Below, in pieces: positions 1 through 13,005 of a stretch of DNA of 64,000 nucleotides. Each line of letters begins with the position of its first letter. Position 1 is the stretch's first letter. The DNA is taken from positions 1-64,000 of the forward strand of contig NMRA01000061.1 in the NCBI GenBank assembly GCA_002633005.1. Reading direction: 5' to 3'. A program made the position numbers and the translations under genes. The DNA is from Phoronis australis (taxonomy: Eukaryota > Animalia > Phoronida). Under the pieces are notes generated by a model. The model was not told the DNA's origin. It did no database searches and saw only the letters and a program-made list of their open reading frames with translations.

Positions 1-391
1 TAATGACCTGAAGCTTTGGATTCCGATTTGATTTACCTGTGGCAATCAGACCTGTCAATTTGAAGTGTCTAGATCAAAATTTTAGTTTGCACCTAATGAC
101 CTTTGACCTGATTCACCTGATTGGATGACCCGATTACTTAGAAAAGTAATTTTTTAAATCGTCATGTTGACTTATACCTGTGCACCGAATTTGAAAAAGA
201 TAGCTTTAAAACTGAAGGAGGAGTAGCATTTTGAAAATTATATGACCTTTGCACTAAACGATCTCTTCCGGTGCAATATGGAATATGATTATATAACCAA
301 TCAAAATTTATATACTGTCAAAAGTCATATGCTGAATTTAAAGACCGTACCTGTACCCAATTAGGAGTTATTAAGCCTCAAAGTTGGTCGG

Positions 392-426
392 AAGAAGAAT
401 AAGAAGAAGAATAAGAATAAGAATAA
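392..426. repeat. (AAG/AAT)-rich simple repeat at the end of a TGACCT-rich repeat-like segment
   Basis: AAGAAGAATAAGAAGAAGAATAAGAATAAGAATAA following several TGACCT motifs in 1-250. Confidence 0.6.
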
Positions 427-1386
427 AATTGAAGAAAACCCAGGAACAACACTATTCTGCGCTTACACGAGCAGAGTATTAAAGTTTCTGTACTCGTGTG
501 TAGGGCTTGTGATGTGAAATGACTCAAAACTTCTCTTTATTTTCATGCAGTTTTTGACAGAGTGAAGAATGGATGAAGAGTTCATTTTCGTGTGTTCTGA
601 CACGCAAACCCCTGTGAGAACTACATGTATTCAGTGCCTCCTTAGCGACCCCTTAAAATCTTGACAAGTCCACCGTTCGTTTTCACGCCCACTTTCCCCA
701 GCAGAGCACGCCACCTTTCGGTCTGCATTCTAGTCATCACTAGTGCTGTCTTTTCCATTATAATTTTGTTTCTCTCTTATTTTATATATTTATTCACTCA
801 AGTCCCATTGGGGGTCTTCCTCGCTATGGTCATGACACAAATTAATGACCATTGCCACCCATATCAAAAGCTAACAACAGGGCTGCAGAAAACAGGGGGG
901 CACGTGCCCCAAAAAGTTTTCAGGCGTCAGGGTTAAATCGTGCCAACCGACATAGGCGTGGGGCCGTGGACAATTGAGAAAAGAAAGACTGCGAAATACG
1001 GATAAGATAGGAAATTCGAGAAAACATTCAACAAGTCTGTATCAGTGCATGGTGTATATTTTGAGGACCCTGGCCAGGACATTGTCGTTAAGGTCTCCGC
1101 TTTTGCAACGTGGGTCGCCTAAACGCACTTGAAAACGTGCACGTAATCACTCATATACATATTTCGAAAAATAGAGAAAATTTATGAAACAAAGTCAATA
1201 GGTCAGTTTTTCGAATGCAAAACTAAGTTCTCCTAGAGGCACCTGTCTGGCAAGAGATAACGGAGACAACTGTCGCTTTATTTTTTTCTCAAAATTGTAT
1301 ATCACTTGTTGGAGCAAAACAAACAGGTTCGGGGGGCTTTACTCTTTATGGACATAATATGTTGCGGTAGTAGGAGGCGTGATAGC

Positions 1387-1421
<35 letters not shown>
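1387..1421. repeat. (AGT)n microsatellite
   Basis: Direct observation. Confidence 0.9.
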
Positions 1422-2861
1422 GTAAACTGAAAGAACCAAAAAAACTATGTTCAAGCTTACATGTTGCATAGTGCTATACCATGTATATACAGTACCAATA
1501 AGGAGGACAACGCCCAAGAAAAATGATAACTGGCAAAAGGTATACATTAATAACAAGCGTTCAAAACATTAAGCACACCTGAGAGAACATGAAAAAACTA
1601 ACATACTAATGAATGCAAATAAACTGTATTGTAAGAAACATGAGTACTTACGCCAATATCGCCCCAAGTCCAACCAAAATTCCGAAGAAACTAATTATGT
1701 ACATTGACGTTTATCCACCATAAAATGTTTGTGGAATGGCGTTCAAATAGAGCGGTACCAGAATAAATAGTCAGAGAGAGCGACATCTGGCGCAAGAACT
1801 ACTCGCCTCACACTGGCATACAGGTACATGGTCGAAATACGCGGAAAAACGAAAGATGAAAAAGGTTTTCACAACTAACTGTAACTTTTAAGAATGAAGT
1901 CTGCAGCAGGAATGCACTATGCAGTTAAATAAGCCATACATTTATACGGTGAGAATTATATTCGACACCGGCAACAATTCAGCAGCAACAGCTGAAACTA
2001 AAATTGAAAGTTAACTGGGTGAAATGTTAACACCTACAATAATCACAGCATGAAACTATTCACTGAAAATTCTTGTGCAGTGAAAGCAAAAAGTTCAAGG
2101 TGATGTAAGACCTTATGGACAAGTTTGTATTTAAAATACATAAAAATTGAATCAAATACTGGAATTTGCTTATTTGAGCATACCACAACTGGATGTTGCA
2201 AAACTTTCATGCTTTTAAGTATGTATTTAGCAAAATATATACAAAACTATAGAATTTAACTCAGAAAATATATACATAAGTTTCTGAAAGTAGAAAGCAT
2301 GTACAATTTTATGTCTGATTTCATACCAATTTGACATTATTTGGGTCATGTCCCTATGTTTTTATCAAAATTTAGCATAAAACGCAGGTGCATGCATAGT
2401 AAAACAATGGCGTCTACAAAATGACCAAATTTTGTTTGACATAAATGTTCAAGATGAAATATCTGAAAAACCCAGTTAATTTTCTAAATTACCATTGCAT
2501 TTTTGTTTTAAGCAACTTTTGAGTTTTCATAAGTATAATTGTTTTTTGATGGCTCCTCATAGAAAAGTGGAACATTTCAAAATTCCTAACCTGTTTTGGA
2601 GAACAGAGCATAAAGTATCTGAAAGTTTCACATGAATCTAATCAACCGTTTTTGAGATAAGACGTTACAAAGTTTGCCTAATTTTATTGAACAGCTGCTA
2701 AATATTGTGTGGCTTCCTAACAGGATGACAAATAAACTTATGACAGCTTCAGACTGCTGGCCAAACAATTGAAAGATATCTGGTAACTTTCTAGGTATTT
2801 CTGCTTGACACAGATATATAGAAATTCAGCACTGCCGTTTACCTTGATAAACTGCCAGCAA

Positions 2862-2981
2862 ATTATGGTAATAGTCGGATATAACGTGCCCGCATTTTGA
2901 GAACCAGTTTTCTCCAATGAGTAACGGGCATCAAACTGGTTCTCAAAATGTGGGCACATTATATCTGACTATTGCCATAAT
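2862..2981. repeat. Long hairpin / miniature inverted repeat
   Basis: About 50-bp arms (ATTATGGTAATAGTCGGAT...TTTTGAGAACCAGTTT / AAACTGGTTCTCAAAA...ATCTGACTATTGCCATAAT); core repeated at ~58953-59013. Confidence 0.7.
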
Positions 2982-3257
2982 GGTAATAGTCATTTTAGCA
3001 TTAGCCAGCCATAGTTCATTGTTTTCATAAAAAAACAAGCACACTATTACAACTACACTGGCTGGGTTTTGATATAAATAGCGTCCCTAACCTACTGTAT
3101 GTTCAACCAGGCCTTTAAAAAATATGATGTAAACTAAAAGTTCAGCTCAAAACCAAGCACTGATCGTTTTTCCGGGAATTTCTGCTAATGGACACTTTCA
3201 AACGTACTTCCATCTACCTGCTGGTCTATTTGGAAAAGTATCCGGATCATGTCATAC

Positions 3258-3348
3258 CCTCAGTTTTGCCATACATTATGATAATAAGGATATTCCATAG
3301 CGGGTTCCAGCTTGGCAACATTTGTAACCTCTGTCTCAAGCTGATCAT
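3258..3348 (-). CDS. Possible first coding (signal-peptide-like) exon of a minus-strand gene
   Basis: Minus strand reads MISLRQRLQMLPSWNPLWNILIIIMYGKTE then G/GTATGA (phase 1). Acceptor TTCTCAG just above 3366; upstream donor CAG/GTAAGT near 5192. No downstream exons identified. Confidence 0.3.
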
Positions 3349-6300
3349 GCTCCCTCTGTGGAGAGTCTGAGAATGAGACAGCTAAACAGGGAATTACTGA
3401 CTTTTACCTCCAGTACCAACTTCCGACCAGGCAAATTGAATCAAGTTTCTGAGATAGAAAAGCGAAGGTACGCATGCTGATAAGTGGATGAGAATCGATT
3501 TTGCTGATTTTTCATGTCCAACATCGGGTAATTTGACAATAAATTGTGACATTACGCGAGTAACTATACACAGGTTTAATGGGAAATGGTTTGAGTTTTT
3601 GACATTTCGTAACAATAACCGGACTATTCTATTATTCAGTACGACATTAAGAGGGCTCTACTGTATATAAATAAAACTAAGCAAACACCCATTAAAAAGG
3701 CTATATTATGATTGGTCTTTTAAGTTCATAGTCTACCCCTCACGGTTTTTAGAGAACACATCTGGGGAAACAAAAATGCCAAAAAATGTACTGTATTCAT
3801 ACAGACTGTGTTAGCCGTCTTGCTTATGAAATGTGAAGGCTACGGACACAGTAGAGTATTAAGTAAGTGGTGTTCTCAAAAATAGTTCAGGGGTATGAAT
3901 AAACATCTACACTGGGAACAGACTGATATTATCAGCCTTTATTGGGTTTGTAATACTGTGCTATATACAGCAGTGCTCTGATCAAGCATATTAGCTATGG
4001 CAATGCAGAGATGCCTACTATTGCCCTTCATGCCTGTAACCATTGCTAACCATTGCAGATAAATTAAAAACTTATGTTCCGATCATAATGTTATATGATA
4101 GAATCCAGCAGTGAAAATAAACAGGATAGATCTAGATGTCTTTAATCATAGCACTGCAAACGGGTACCTTATTGAAAACATACATCTGAACTTAACCTTT
4201 AAACCCACACACCTTTTATGTAAATAAGTATACCAACATCTGCACAGTCTCCAACATGGTGTCACAGCACACTTATTTTTTGTGATAAAACCTCACCATC
4301 ACTGACACTTAAAAGATGCACACAATAATTAGGTTAAGCTGAAATTGCAAACACCAAAATGGAAAAACTCAAGTTTTCAATGGTAAATTTTTCTAATGTG
4401 GCTATAGACAAACTCCCTTTGTTCCGGGATTAGAGACATAAATTTTTTCAGGTGTAATGTTGGAATGCTAACTCATCATGATTAAAAAACAAAAGAATTT
4501 AGAATTCCACCCCAAAACACAAATCACAAAACAATGATTTTCCAATACGACAATGCATGAGAGAGAGCCAAAGAGAGAATACAAATTTTTTAACTTATTT
4601 ACAATTTGCAGATTATTGGCCTACTAAAATGAAAACAAATATAGTCATGTACATATCTAAGCATATGAACGCCAAGGGCAAAGCAGCTTCAATGACTGAG
4701 ACCAACTTGCAATATAGAGTTAGCAATACAATATCATATATGCATATATACATATTATACATAGTTTTAAATTTTTGTCTTAATAATTAAATGGTGTGGT
4801 AATTTCACATTTTGTACTGAAGCGATTTTAAAATGAATACTTTTACAAGCTAAAACACTGAAATTTCCAGCCCTGCAGCTTTTTAATGAGATTATATCAA
4901 CTTCGTAATCTGCATTGCACCCCCCCCCTGAACAAGCGCAAACTATGAATTTCAATATTAACTATAATGCAGTTGAAAACGTTAGGCCTATTAAAGGAAG
5001 CATTCAGTTTACATCGGCGACTTCATCTCCTCTTCTTATAAGACTGCAAAGAGGCTATATATCTGACCCCGGCCTCAGTGAGTTGAAACACAGTACCACA
5101 ATAGGCTATTTATACAACACTGCAAGGCTAACCTGTCCTACCACTCGTGTAAAAAAGTAGCTAGAGCAGACGTGAGCTGGCGTAAGACTTACCTGAAAGC
5201 AAAACGCGGAAATAAATAACAAAGACGCAGTGTTCAAAACACCTGTCGCAAACCGCACTTTCCAACCACGTCCACCGTTCATCGTTGCACAAAAAGTTAC
5301 TATTTAAACAGCCCGTCTGTTAAAATCAACCGCCACATTTCTGTTTTCTTGATAAATCAAGAACTTGTAGTGTAGTAAGTTCGCAACCAGGTGGTCACCT
5401 GGAGAAGCAAACGAACTGAACCCCAGCAGACGATTTTCTCCGAGTTGTCGCCGTGTGCCCCGATACGAATCGATACTGAAAGCCCACACTGGAAGAGTCT
5501 CTTCTATGAAACCCCAAACTAACTGAGTATAATGTGTTTCAGTCCGTTGATTCAAGTCACGAAGTAATCGACTGTAAACGCTTGGCGAGTTTCAACAGTG
5601 AGTACCGACAAGGAAGCTTGTTGACAGGTTATCTCAACCCATAGTTATTTCGAGACATGCTACGTACGTGCTGCTTATCTCAACCAGAAGATAACATTGG
5701 ACGAAAGAGAGTGACGTCTAGCGACGAAAACTAAACTTAGTGACATTTGACTCACTGTACCGCTGCGTGAACTTGGAATACACGAAGAAACTTACAATTT
5801 CACTCAAATAATCACGTTCACGTTCATTTGCACTGCACTATATATCAAATTACATGTTAATAAAATAAGGTAAATTTTAAGTATTCACATATCCCTCCGA
5901 TTCTTTGACACAAGTTTCGGTAAAGAAGAACTTGCCTGTGGGTGATCGAAAGCCAATAATTACAATAATTCTTTACACTGAACACAATACTTCACTTGAT
6001 TGCCCAAATGAATAATCAATTACAAGTTCAATGCATACGCGATCTTGAGATTGAACAGGATTCCAAGTTTACGCACAGCATGACCACCTGCCTGCAAAAA
6101 CCCTAAAATAACTGCGGAAGTTTGACCCTTGAACTAACAGACTCGAGGAGAGGTAAAATATATTAAAGGGGAAAAACAATTTCAACATCGTTCTACTTTT
6201 TAATATTATTCTGCCAGTCGGAGGTCGTCATAAATTTCACAACTTCCCCAGTCGTCACGGTTGAGCTTCGCTGTGCCCCTACCCCGAACCCGCAAGTTTC

Positions 6301-7755
6301 TGGTTGGTCACACAGGCTGTCACCTCACGAGTTTCTACAATGCTGTACAAAGATTGGCCTACGCGACTAGCTCCTAAATTGCCTCGCAATCTACAGTAGT
6401 TCTGTTCATTGCATGATGACGTAAAAACATCGCAGTAGTGGTTCGAGTTCGAACCGAGAACCCTTCGTAAGTCACTCAGACTCGGCTTTCTGTTCAACTG
6501 TCTCGATTCTATCCCTCAATTTATGTTTATTTGCAAACATGTTCGCCATTTCAGTAAAATCAGAAACACGACACGGCGATTGTAAGAATTTGTTGTATTA
6601 TCCCGCCAGTTAACTGTGTTCCATGAAAAGAGCAGCCAGGCTTATTGTTTTAACCTAATTTATACCGAGATGATAAAGCGTTACGAAATCCAACATAATA
6701 GTCAAATGAGTCAGAAACATAGTACCTCCTTTTCTAGGCTACCGTTACCTGATAAAAATCTAAAATTAGCACAATGGGTAATCCCCAACTAACTTACGGC
6801 CGTGTGAGGTCATTGGGTTTTGACGAGTTCCATGACCCCTTCAATAGAATTTCAATTCTGTGACATTAAGACGGTTATACGGCCATCATTACGCAGCAGT
6901 AGTAGTTTCAGTACTATCATATCAAATGGAAAAACAAACTTCAGTTCATGCTTGGGACAATAACATGTCAAATATAACCCGTGGTGTTTTCATTTGCTTC
7001 TGGTTAGTATCTGGACGTTACGGCGTGTTACAATTACCCATTTCTAAGAGGTCTCTAGACTGGTCTAAGGAAATTTGTTGCCGCGGAGCCGAGTACCGGT
7101 ACTTTAGTTGTAGAAAATAGCCAGGCAAAGAACAAACTCGATCGTACAGACTTCAAGCCAGAAACGTTTTAAAATCTTGTGTTAGGTGGTCACCATTTGC
7201 AACTTATAATAAGTGTTCATGGCAGCGGCCCAGGCGCTTTTAAAGATTCGAATTCTAAGCAATAACCACCAAAGATATAGACTAAATGCCTGGGATTTCG
7301 GAGGGAAATAACCGACACTGAGGTGCGCAAAACACATCGACAACTTGGACTTTATCACACATTTACATCACGCTACTTTTAGAACTTATCACCTAAGTTT
7401 CCCCGAGTCGTTTGCCTTGCGCACTGAATGCATTGACACATGGAATTTCCCTCAAGAATGTTCGAGAACGACGCCCAAGAATTCTTCGAAATTACCGTAA
7501 ACGAATATTATTTATCTGTATCTAATTTACGGTGATGACATGATGTGTTCAGCTGACACTTGCACATTTATCAAGTACATGTACGAACCAGCGCCTTGTT
7601 CTTACACGGAAACCTTGAGGAAGGCGTCGGGAAACAAATGCATAGCCGTTAGTTATAATCAAACAACATATTTTTGACACAGCTGCTAAATTCAAAATCT
7701 ACGATAGGTGACCTCAGGTGACGCAATTTCCACCATATTTGGAAAAACCAAAGAT

Positions 7756-7765
7756 GGGATTTTCC
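7756..7765 (+). promoter_or_regulatory. NF-kB-type site upstream of gene 1
   Basis: GGGATTTTCC 110 bp before the ATG, followed by TTTATAT. Second site GGAATTTCCC at 7442-7451. Confidence 0.55.
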
Positions 7766-7865
7766 GTACCGTTTATATCAACCTTCCCGTGATTTAATAG
7801 CTATTTAGCAAAATAGTTTTGTTGGTACAAGCCACCAGGACGAGGAGCTGAACAAAACGTACAAA

Positions 7866-10438
7866 ATGCCAGCGGTATTTTCAAAGCACATGGGCGAACT
7901 TGACAATGGCAATGTAAACAGATATTACACCGAAGTGGTAAAAATGAGCCGTAAAGACACAAAGCGAAGAGTGGCTAAAGTAATGCCCATAATTCAAGAA
8001 CTCTTGCAGTACATCAACAGTCGCGACTCGCGTTTCGCGAAACAGCCAGAGTGTATCGGAAGCTATTGGCAAGGCTTGAAGGTTGAGAAGGCGGATGAGT
8101 TCGACATAAATGTCGATGTACTGGGGTGTCCGAAATTGGTTTATGGTTCATACGAAAAGAAGTTTATCGGTTTCAACAAGGACGTTGAGGATCCAGCACC
8201 TATAAGGGATGATCTTAAGGTAGTCAGGAAATCGTCGCCTCTTCCGATGCCTCCCCCTGGGCATGCACATGTAGTCCTAGGCGGTTCTTATGGTATGCAG
8301 GACTGGGTTGTGGACGGAGTTTTGATACCTTTTCTCGTGAAAAGAACGTTCCACCATCTTCTTCTTGAGGCTATCAGGATGCTAGGCCTTCGAGGTATTG
8401 TAGCAACAAAGGTGTTTTTAGTGCTGTTTTCGCATGATTACACTGCCTACTGTAGACCAAAAGTTTTTATTGCTTCGTGGATCATATAATTATATTAAGA
8501 GGCGTGATAAAGAATACATCAAGTGCTCAAAATTAACTAGAGTTGCGTGAATTTAATCTTAGACAACATTCAAACACTTGCTGGGATATTTTTCATCAAA
8601 AATGTCTTCGATTTTTTGACGTTAATGGCCGGCATAAACGTAGGCCTATGGAACTTTAGAGTGCTCAAAATTAACTAGAGTCACATGAATTTAATCTTAG
8701 ACAACATTCAAACACTTGCTGGGATATTTTTCATCAAAAATGTCTTCGATTTTTTGACGTTAATGGCCGGCATAAACGTAGGCCTATGGAACTTTAGAGT
8801 TCAGGCATGATGGAAAGGGGATTTGGTCAATTTGGAAGGCACGTTTCGCATTTACATTTGACGTAGATCATTCTAAAAATTTGTAGAGTTAGCGACTTGA
8901 ATCGGCAAACACTGAAAACTTAATGAGCCGTTCAAAAATACTTTTAAATTTATAAGTAAATCGAACAGTAAGAGTGAATTTCAAGCCATTTCTGGAAGAC
9001 GAGAGCATAATGCAAACCCACCCGGTTGTTTTGATAACAACTGTAGCTAAACACATACAAACTCTACATTACTGGAGATATTCAACTCATCTCACTCGAC
9101 AAAACAGTTCTCGATTTTTTTCCAAAAGCTTGTTCTTGATATTCTTCTCTTCCAATGTATTTTGAGGTTTCACCTCTTCTTCTCACATACCCTCCGCTGC
9201 AGATTGACCCTTGCCATTTTGATCATCACTACCGTCCATGTTGGACATTTTGGTTTCTCAGCAAACAACTGTTGAGGTCACCACATTGATTTCAAGACAC
9301 TTTAGAAATTTCGGGAATTGCCAATTCTAAACAAAATCACAAAGAAAACCGAGTTTTCTGTTTTCCCTTACTCTGCCTAAATTTGGTAACTTCAAAAAGT
9401 CAACCCTATACACAAAAAAATTATCAAAATGCGTTTTTCGACCCTAAAGCCGAAGGAGTACGATTAAGAAATGGACTCACTTTTTTGTCGATATGTGAGC
9501 AAGCAGCCAGGTCCAGCCCACTTTACATATATTTTTGATATGTTGTTGCTTTTATATTTAGGAAACGTGAGACAAAGTAAATTGGTCCCCGGTACAGCTC
9601 TTACAGTTCACGTCATGGACGAGAGAGGTGGCATTATTGCAGGCGTCGACTTCACGCCAATTTTGAAAACCAACATGGAATTTCCTTCAGCGTGGCCTAA
9701 AGGTAGCGTCGAGTGGCCCTCTCGTGAGAAGATTAGGGCTGTTTTGGCAAAGGGAACGAATGATGCACCCACAAAGAATTTCTGCTGGTGGACGTCTTAC
9801 TCTCAGGCTGACCATGAGTTATGTCACGACATTGACGCAGATGGTGGGTGTCGGAAGCAATGTTTGAGGATGATGAAAAAGATGCGAAGTGACATCTGGT
9901 GTTCATCCAGTAAACCGGTCATTACATCCTATCACTTGAAGGTTAGTATATTGACACTGATTTTACTTCAAATTTTTGAATGGAGGTGAACATCTCTCTA
10001 ATATTCAATGTTAGCCAATGCAGCCGCCCCTCTGCTATCGTTCGCAGTTACGGGAAGAAGCCTCGCGCAAGGCGAAAAGCAGATATTTAGGCCCATGCGC
10101 TTACGAATGAAATTTTTTGTTTTTAAACAAATATATTTGCAAAAGTGTTTTTTATTCTTACAGTTACTTACTTTGTGTATTTACAGAACACTCTTTGGTG
10201 GGAGTGCCAGGAGCGCCCCAACTCGTGGAGCATAGAAAGAGTTGCCTTCAACTTCATCAGTCTCGTTCGTCGTCTCCATGGTTACGTTAAGAAAAGAAGT
10301 CTCCCACTGTACTTCAATCCAAGCGTGAACTTATTCCTCGAAAAATCAGCTGACGATTTGAAGAGGGTGGAACGAAAGCTAGAAGAGTTTTTACAAAACC
10401 CTTCGTACTTCGTTAGAGCAGCATTGTCTGAGGACTGA
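7866..10438 (+). CDS. cGLR: cGAS-like receptor (Mab21/MB21D nucleotidyltransferase), type A gene 1, ~386 aa, 3 exons
   Basis: Exons 7866-8394, 9562-9941, 10187-10438 with GT/AG ends (phases 1, 0) join into one open frame. Motifs: CIGSYWQGLKVEKADEFDINV (G-S-x-E-h-D NTase), VDFTP (third acid), GCRKQCLRMMKK, ITSYHLKN, LPLYFNPSVNLF. These match cGAS/Mab21 family motifs; no vertebrate zinc thumb. Confidence 0.9.
8522..8800. repeat. 138-bp direct tandem duplication in intron 1 of gene 1
   Basis: AGTGCTCAAAATTAACTAGAG... at 8522 and 8660, near identical. Confidence 0.9.
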
Positions 10439-10460
10439 GTACTGAGCCAGAAGAGTTCAG

Positions 10461-10610
10461 GCTCCCGTTCAGCAACGCTAGGACCTCGCTAAAAAGCAAG
10501 ACTTCGCGAGATTACATGTATGTGAGATATGTCCTTGTATTTTAAGTGAGAACACCTGACCTTGACTAGATTAGGTCCTAGCGTAGGTCCTGGCGTTATT
10601 GAACGCACAC
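10461..10610. mobile_element. Small MITE just after the gene 1 stop codon
   Basis: CGTTCAGCAACGCTAGGACCTCGCTA is inverted relative to TAGCGTAGGTCCTGGCGTTATTGAACG; CAG on both sides; absent after the stop of gene 2. Confidence 0.6.
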
Positions 10611-12770
10611 CAGCCATGAGGGTTTACTCTACTTATAAGCTATGTAAGATATCGTTTCCTTTACCTTTACAACTTTAGACCACAGGATTAGATCGTCAGT
10701 CAAAAGATCACTGGTTTACAAACGTTTCGTAACTTTCAGCCCTGTTTGTGTTTGCCATAACGTTACTATTAATCTAAAAATGAAATAAAGAAGTGGACGA
10801 TGTTGCATGTGGCAGCAGTCGAGTGAGTACGGTAACGCACGAGTAAGGCGTCACTCACTACGACGGTTATTTCGGGACAAACCGGTTGATGCCTATCATT
10901 AATCATTTTGTTGTTTCGCAACTTAGAGGCTGTTGACGAATAAAGGGCAAATGTAGGCCTACAGTTCTCAACGACAATCAATTTAAGTTCTTAACATTTG
11001 GTTTTCATTACTTGGCTATTAACAACAGTCAGCTACCAACTTTCTCCATAGTGGCTCACATCTATACGAAAGTGCTTTCTTACTGTCTTTCATGTCACTT
11101 CGTCATGAATCATGCTAGATTTTTCTCTTCCGAGTTATATGTGTTTACATAACTTAGGACAAGCTAGTAGCAGAGTAGTGTATTTATGAGCGTATTTAAA
11201 TGTGTACATAGGTTACTGCTTTGTATTGTATCTTTGATAATTCATCTGTGTAATGTTTACATATGTATTAACCTTATTATTAATTAATTAATCTAACTTG
11301 CACATATGATAAATGGAAATATACGATTATTTTTATTTATTGCTTATTTCAAAGTATAATAATATCCATGCTTTCCTGATGCTATGTGAGAGCATCCTAA
11401 ACTTCACGTACTGTTTTAAACTCACCATTTAAAGTGAGCGTAGATCGTTGTTTACTTTTACGTCATCTCACGTGAGATTCCCCAGGCGGTCTTCCTTTTG
11501 AAAATTCCCTCAGTACTAGCAGTTTTAATTAGCTGTCGTCTTGCAAAAATTTAGTCATAGTCTATTCCAAATAATTTTGATATGTGCATTTACTAGTCAG
11601 CCAAGGTGGTTTGTTTGGGCTGATATTAATCGCTTACCAGAAAGTTTACACAGGTCTCCTGCTACCCCGCGTTCTGCCAAAGAAACGAAATTTTAAATTT
11701 AGACCACCGCACAGGTGGATTGTCTCAATATATAACTTACACCCTTAGAAGCTTTTTGGCTTGGAAACATTTTGTTGTTGACACAGACCATGCTCGACGT
11801 ATGAAATGACTCTCCTTTACAAGATGTTGAGCCTGATCATTCAATAACGAGTTGTGCGTTCTTTCCACCCCCAGAGGTCGCCTCTGGTGTAAGGAAGGAA
11901 CAAGGGCGAGACCAATTTCAAAAGTAGCCTCGGGAAGGTAAGTGATCTCAAGCAATTAAACCAAGTGCCAGATGTTCTTATCAAGCCCAGATATCACATT
12001 TAAGTTGAGTAAAAAACAACGCAGACTAATTCTACAACTGCACTTGGCTAAAAACAAAAGTAAGTTGTTTTTGACAGAAGGTAGCCGGGTTCGACTGAGC
12101 TTTAATCAAATCACCAGTCGAAGTTTAAATCATATCGCAATACGCCGAGGAGGTACTTGTGCCCGTGCACGCATTCGTGATTCTTGTTACTTTAAACGTG
12201 TTAATGCTCAAAAGACCGCACTGCTTGCAAGACACCTACAACCCGAGTAGTCTTTGATGTATGTGAACCAACCTTTGCGTGCATTGATTGGCTAAGCAAA
12301 AATGTTGTTTTCACTAACCCGAAATTTGTAATGTTGAGAATATATTTACCTTTAATTGATGCCAATATTTTGGTTTTAGCTGGGGACACGTGTTTCAAAT
12401 AGGACGAGATTACCTAACCCTAAAGCTGTGGTACTGTCGTACGGTTTTCACGGTTTGAATAACAGCATAATGACAGAGGTTAAAAGTCAATCATTTTATA
12501 CAGTGAGGCAACCGCCATGTAATTAAAAACTAAAATATTTGTAACGAGTGACAACAGGTCCGCACACGACTCTCAGGAATCTTTCAACGTTGCATAACTG
12601 CCGTTAATACGTTGATGTTTTTACTTAGTCATTTTCTGACCAATGAACCGAGACGCGTCTCGGACCCAAAACTAACCAATCGCGTGATTCGAGTACAAAT
12701 TTGTAAGTTAGCGTGTCGTGCATTTGGCCAAATTTCGAATTGAATTTCGAATACAGAGATTAGATTCCAG

Positions 12771-13005
12771 GGGCCCGTTCCAAGAAACTGACTTAAGTTC
12801 ATTTTTGACTAAGATTTCATCTCAACTTTCAAATTTTAAAACTTTCACATAGGGCAAGTGAGTCAAATTAAAGACAAAACTTAAGTCAAACCTAAAATCA
12901 GTTTTTTATATTGAAACGTACTTAAAGATAAATTGAGTTTTTATCTTAAAATTGACACAAATTTTAGATTTATCTTAGTTAAGTCAGTTTCCTTGGAACG
13001 GGACC
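12771..13005. mobile_element. MITE family 1 (PIF/Harbinger-like), copy 1
   Basis: TIR GGGCCCGTTCCAAGAAACTGACTTAA / TTAAGTCAGTTTCCTTGGAACGGGACC, flanked by CWG. Confidence 0.75.

Noticed and set aside
1302-1556. Poly-Leu membrane protein ORF
   Set aside because: The Leu run is produced by the (AGT)n microsatellite.
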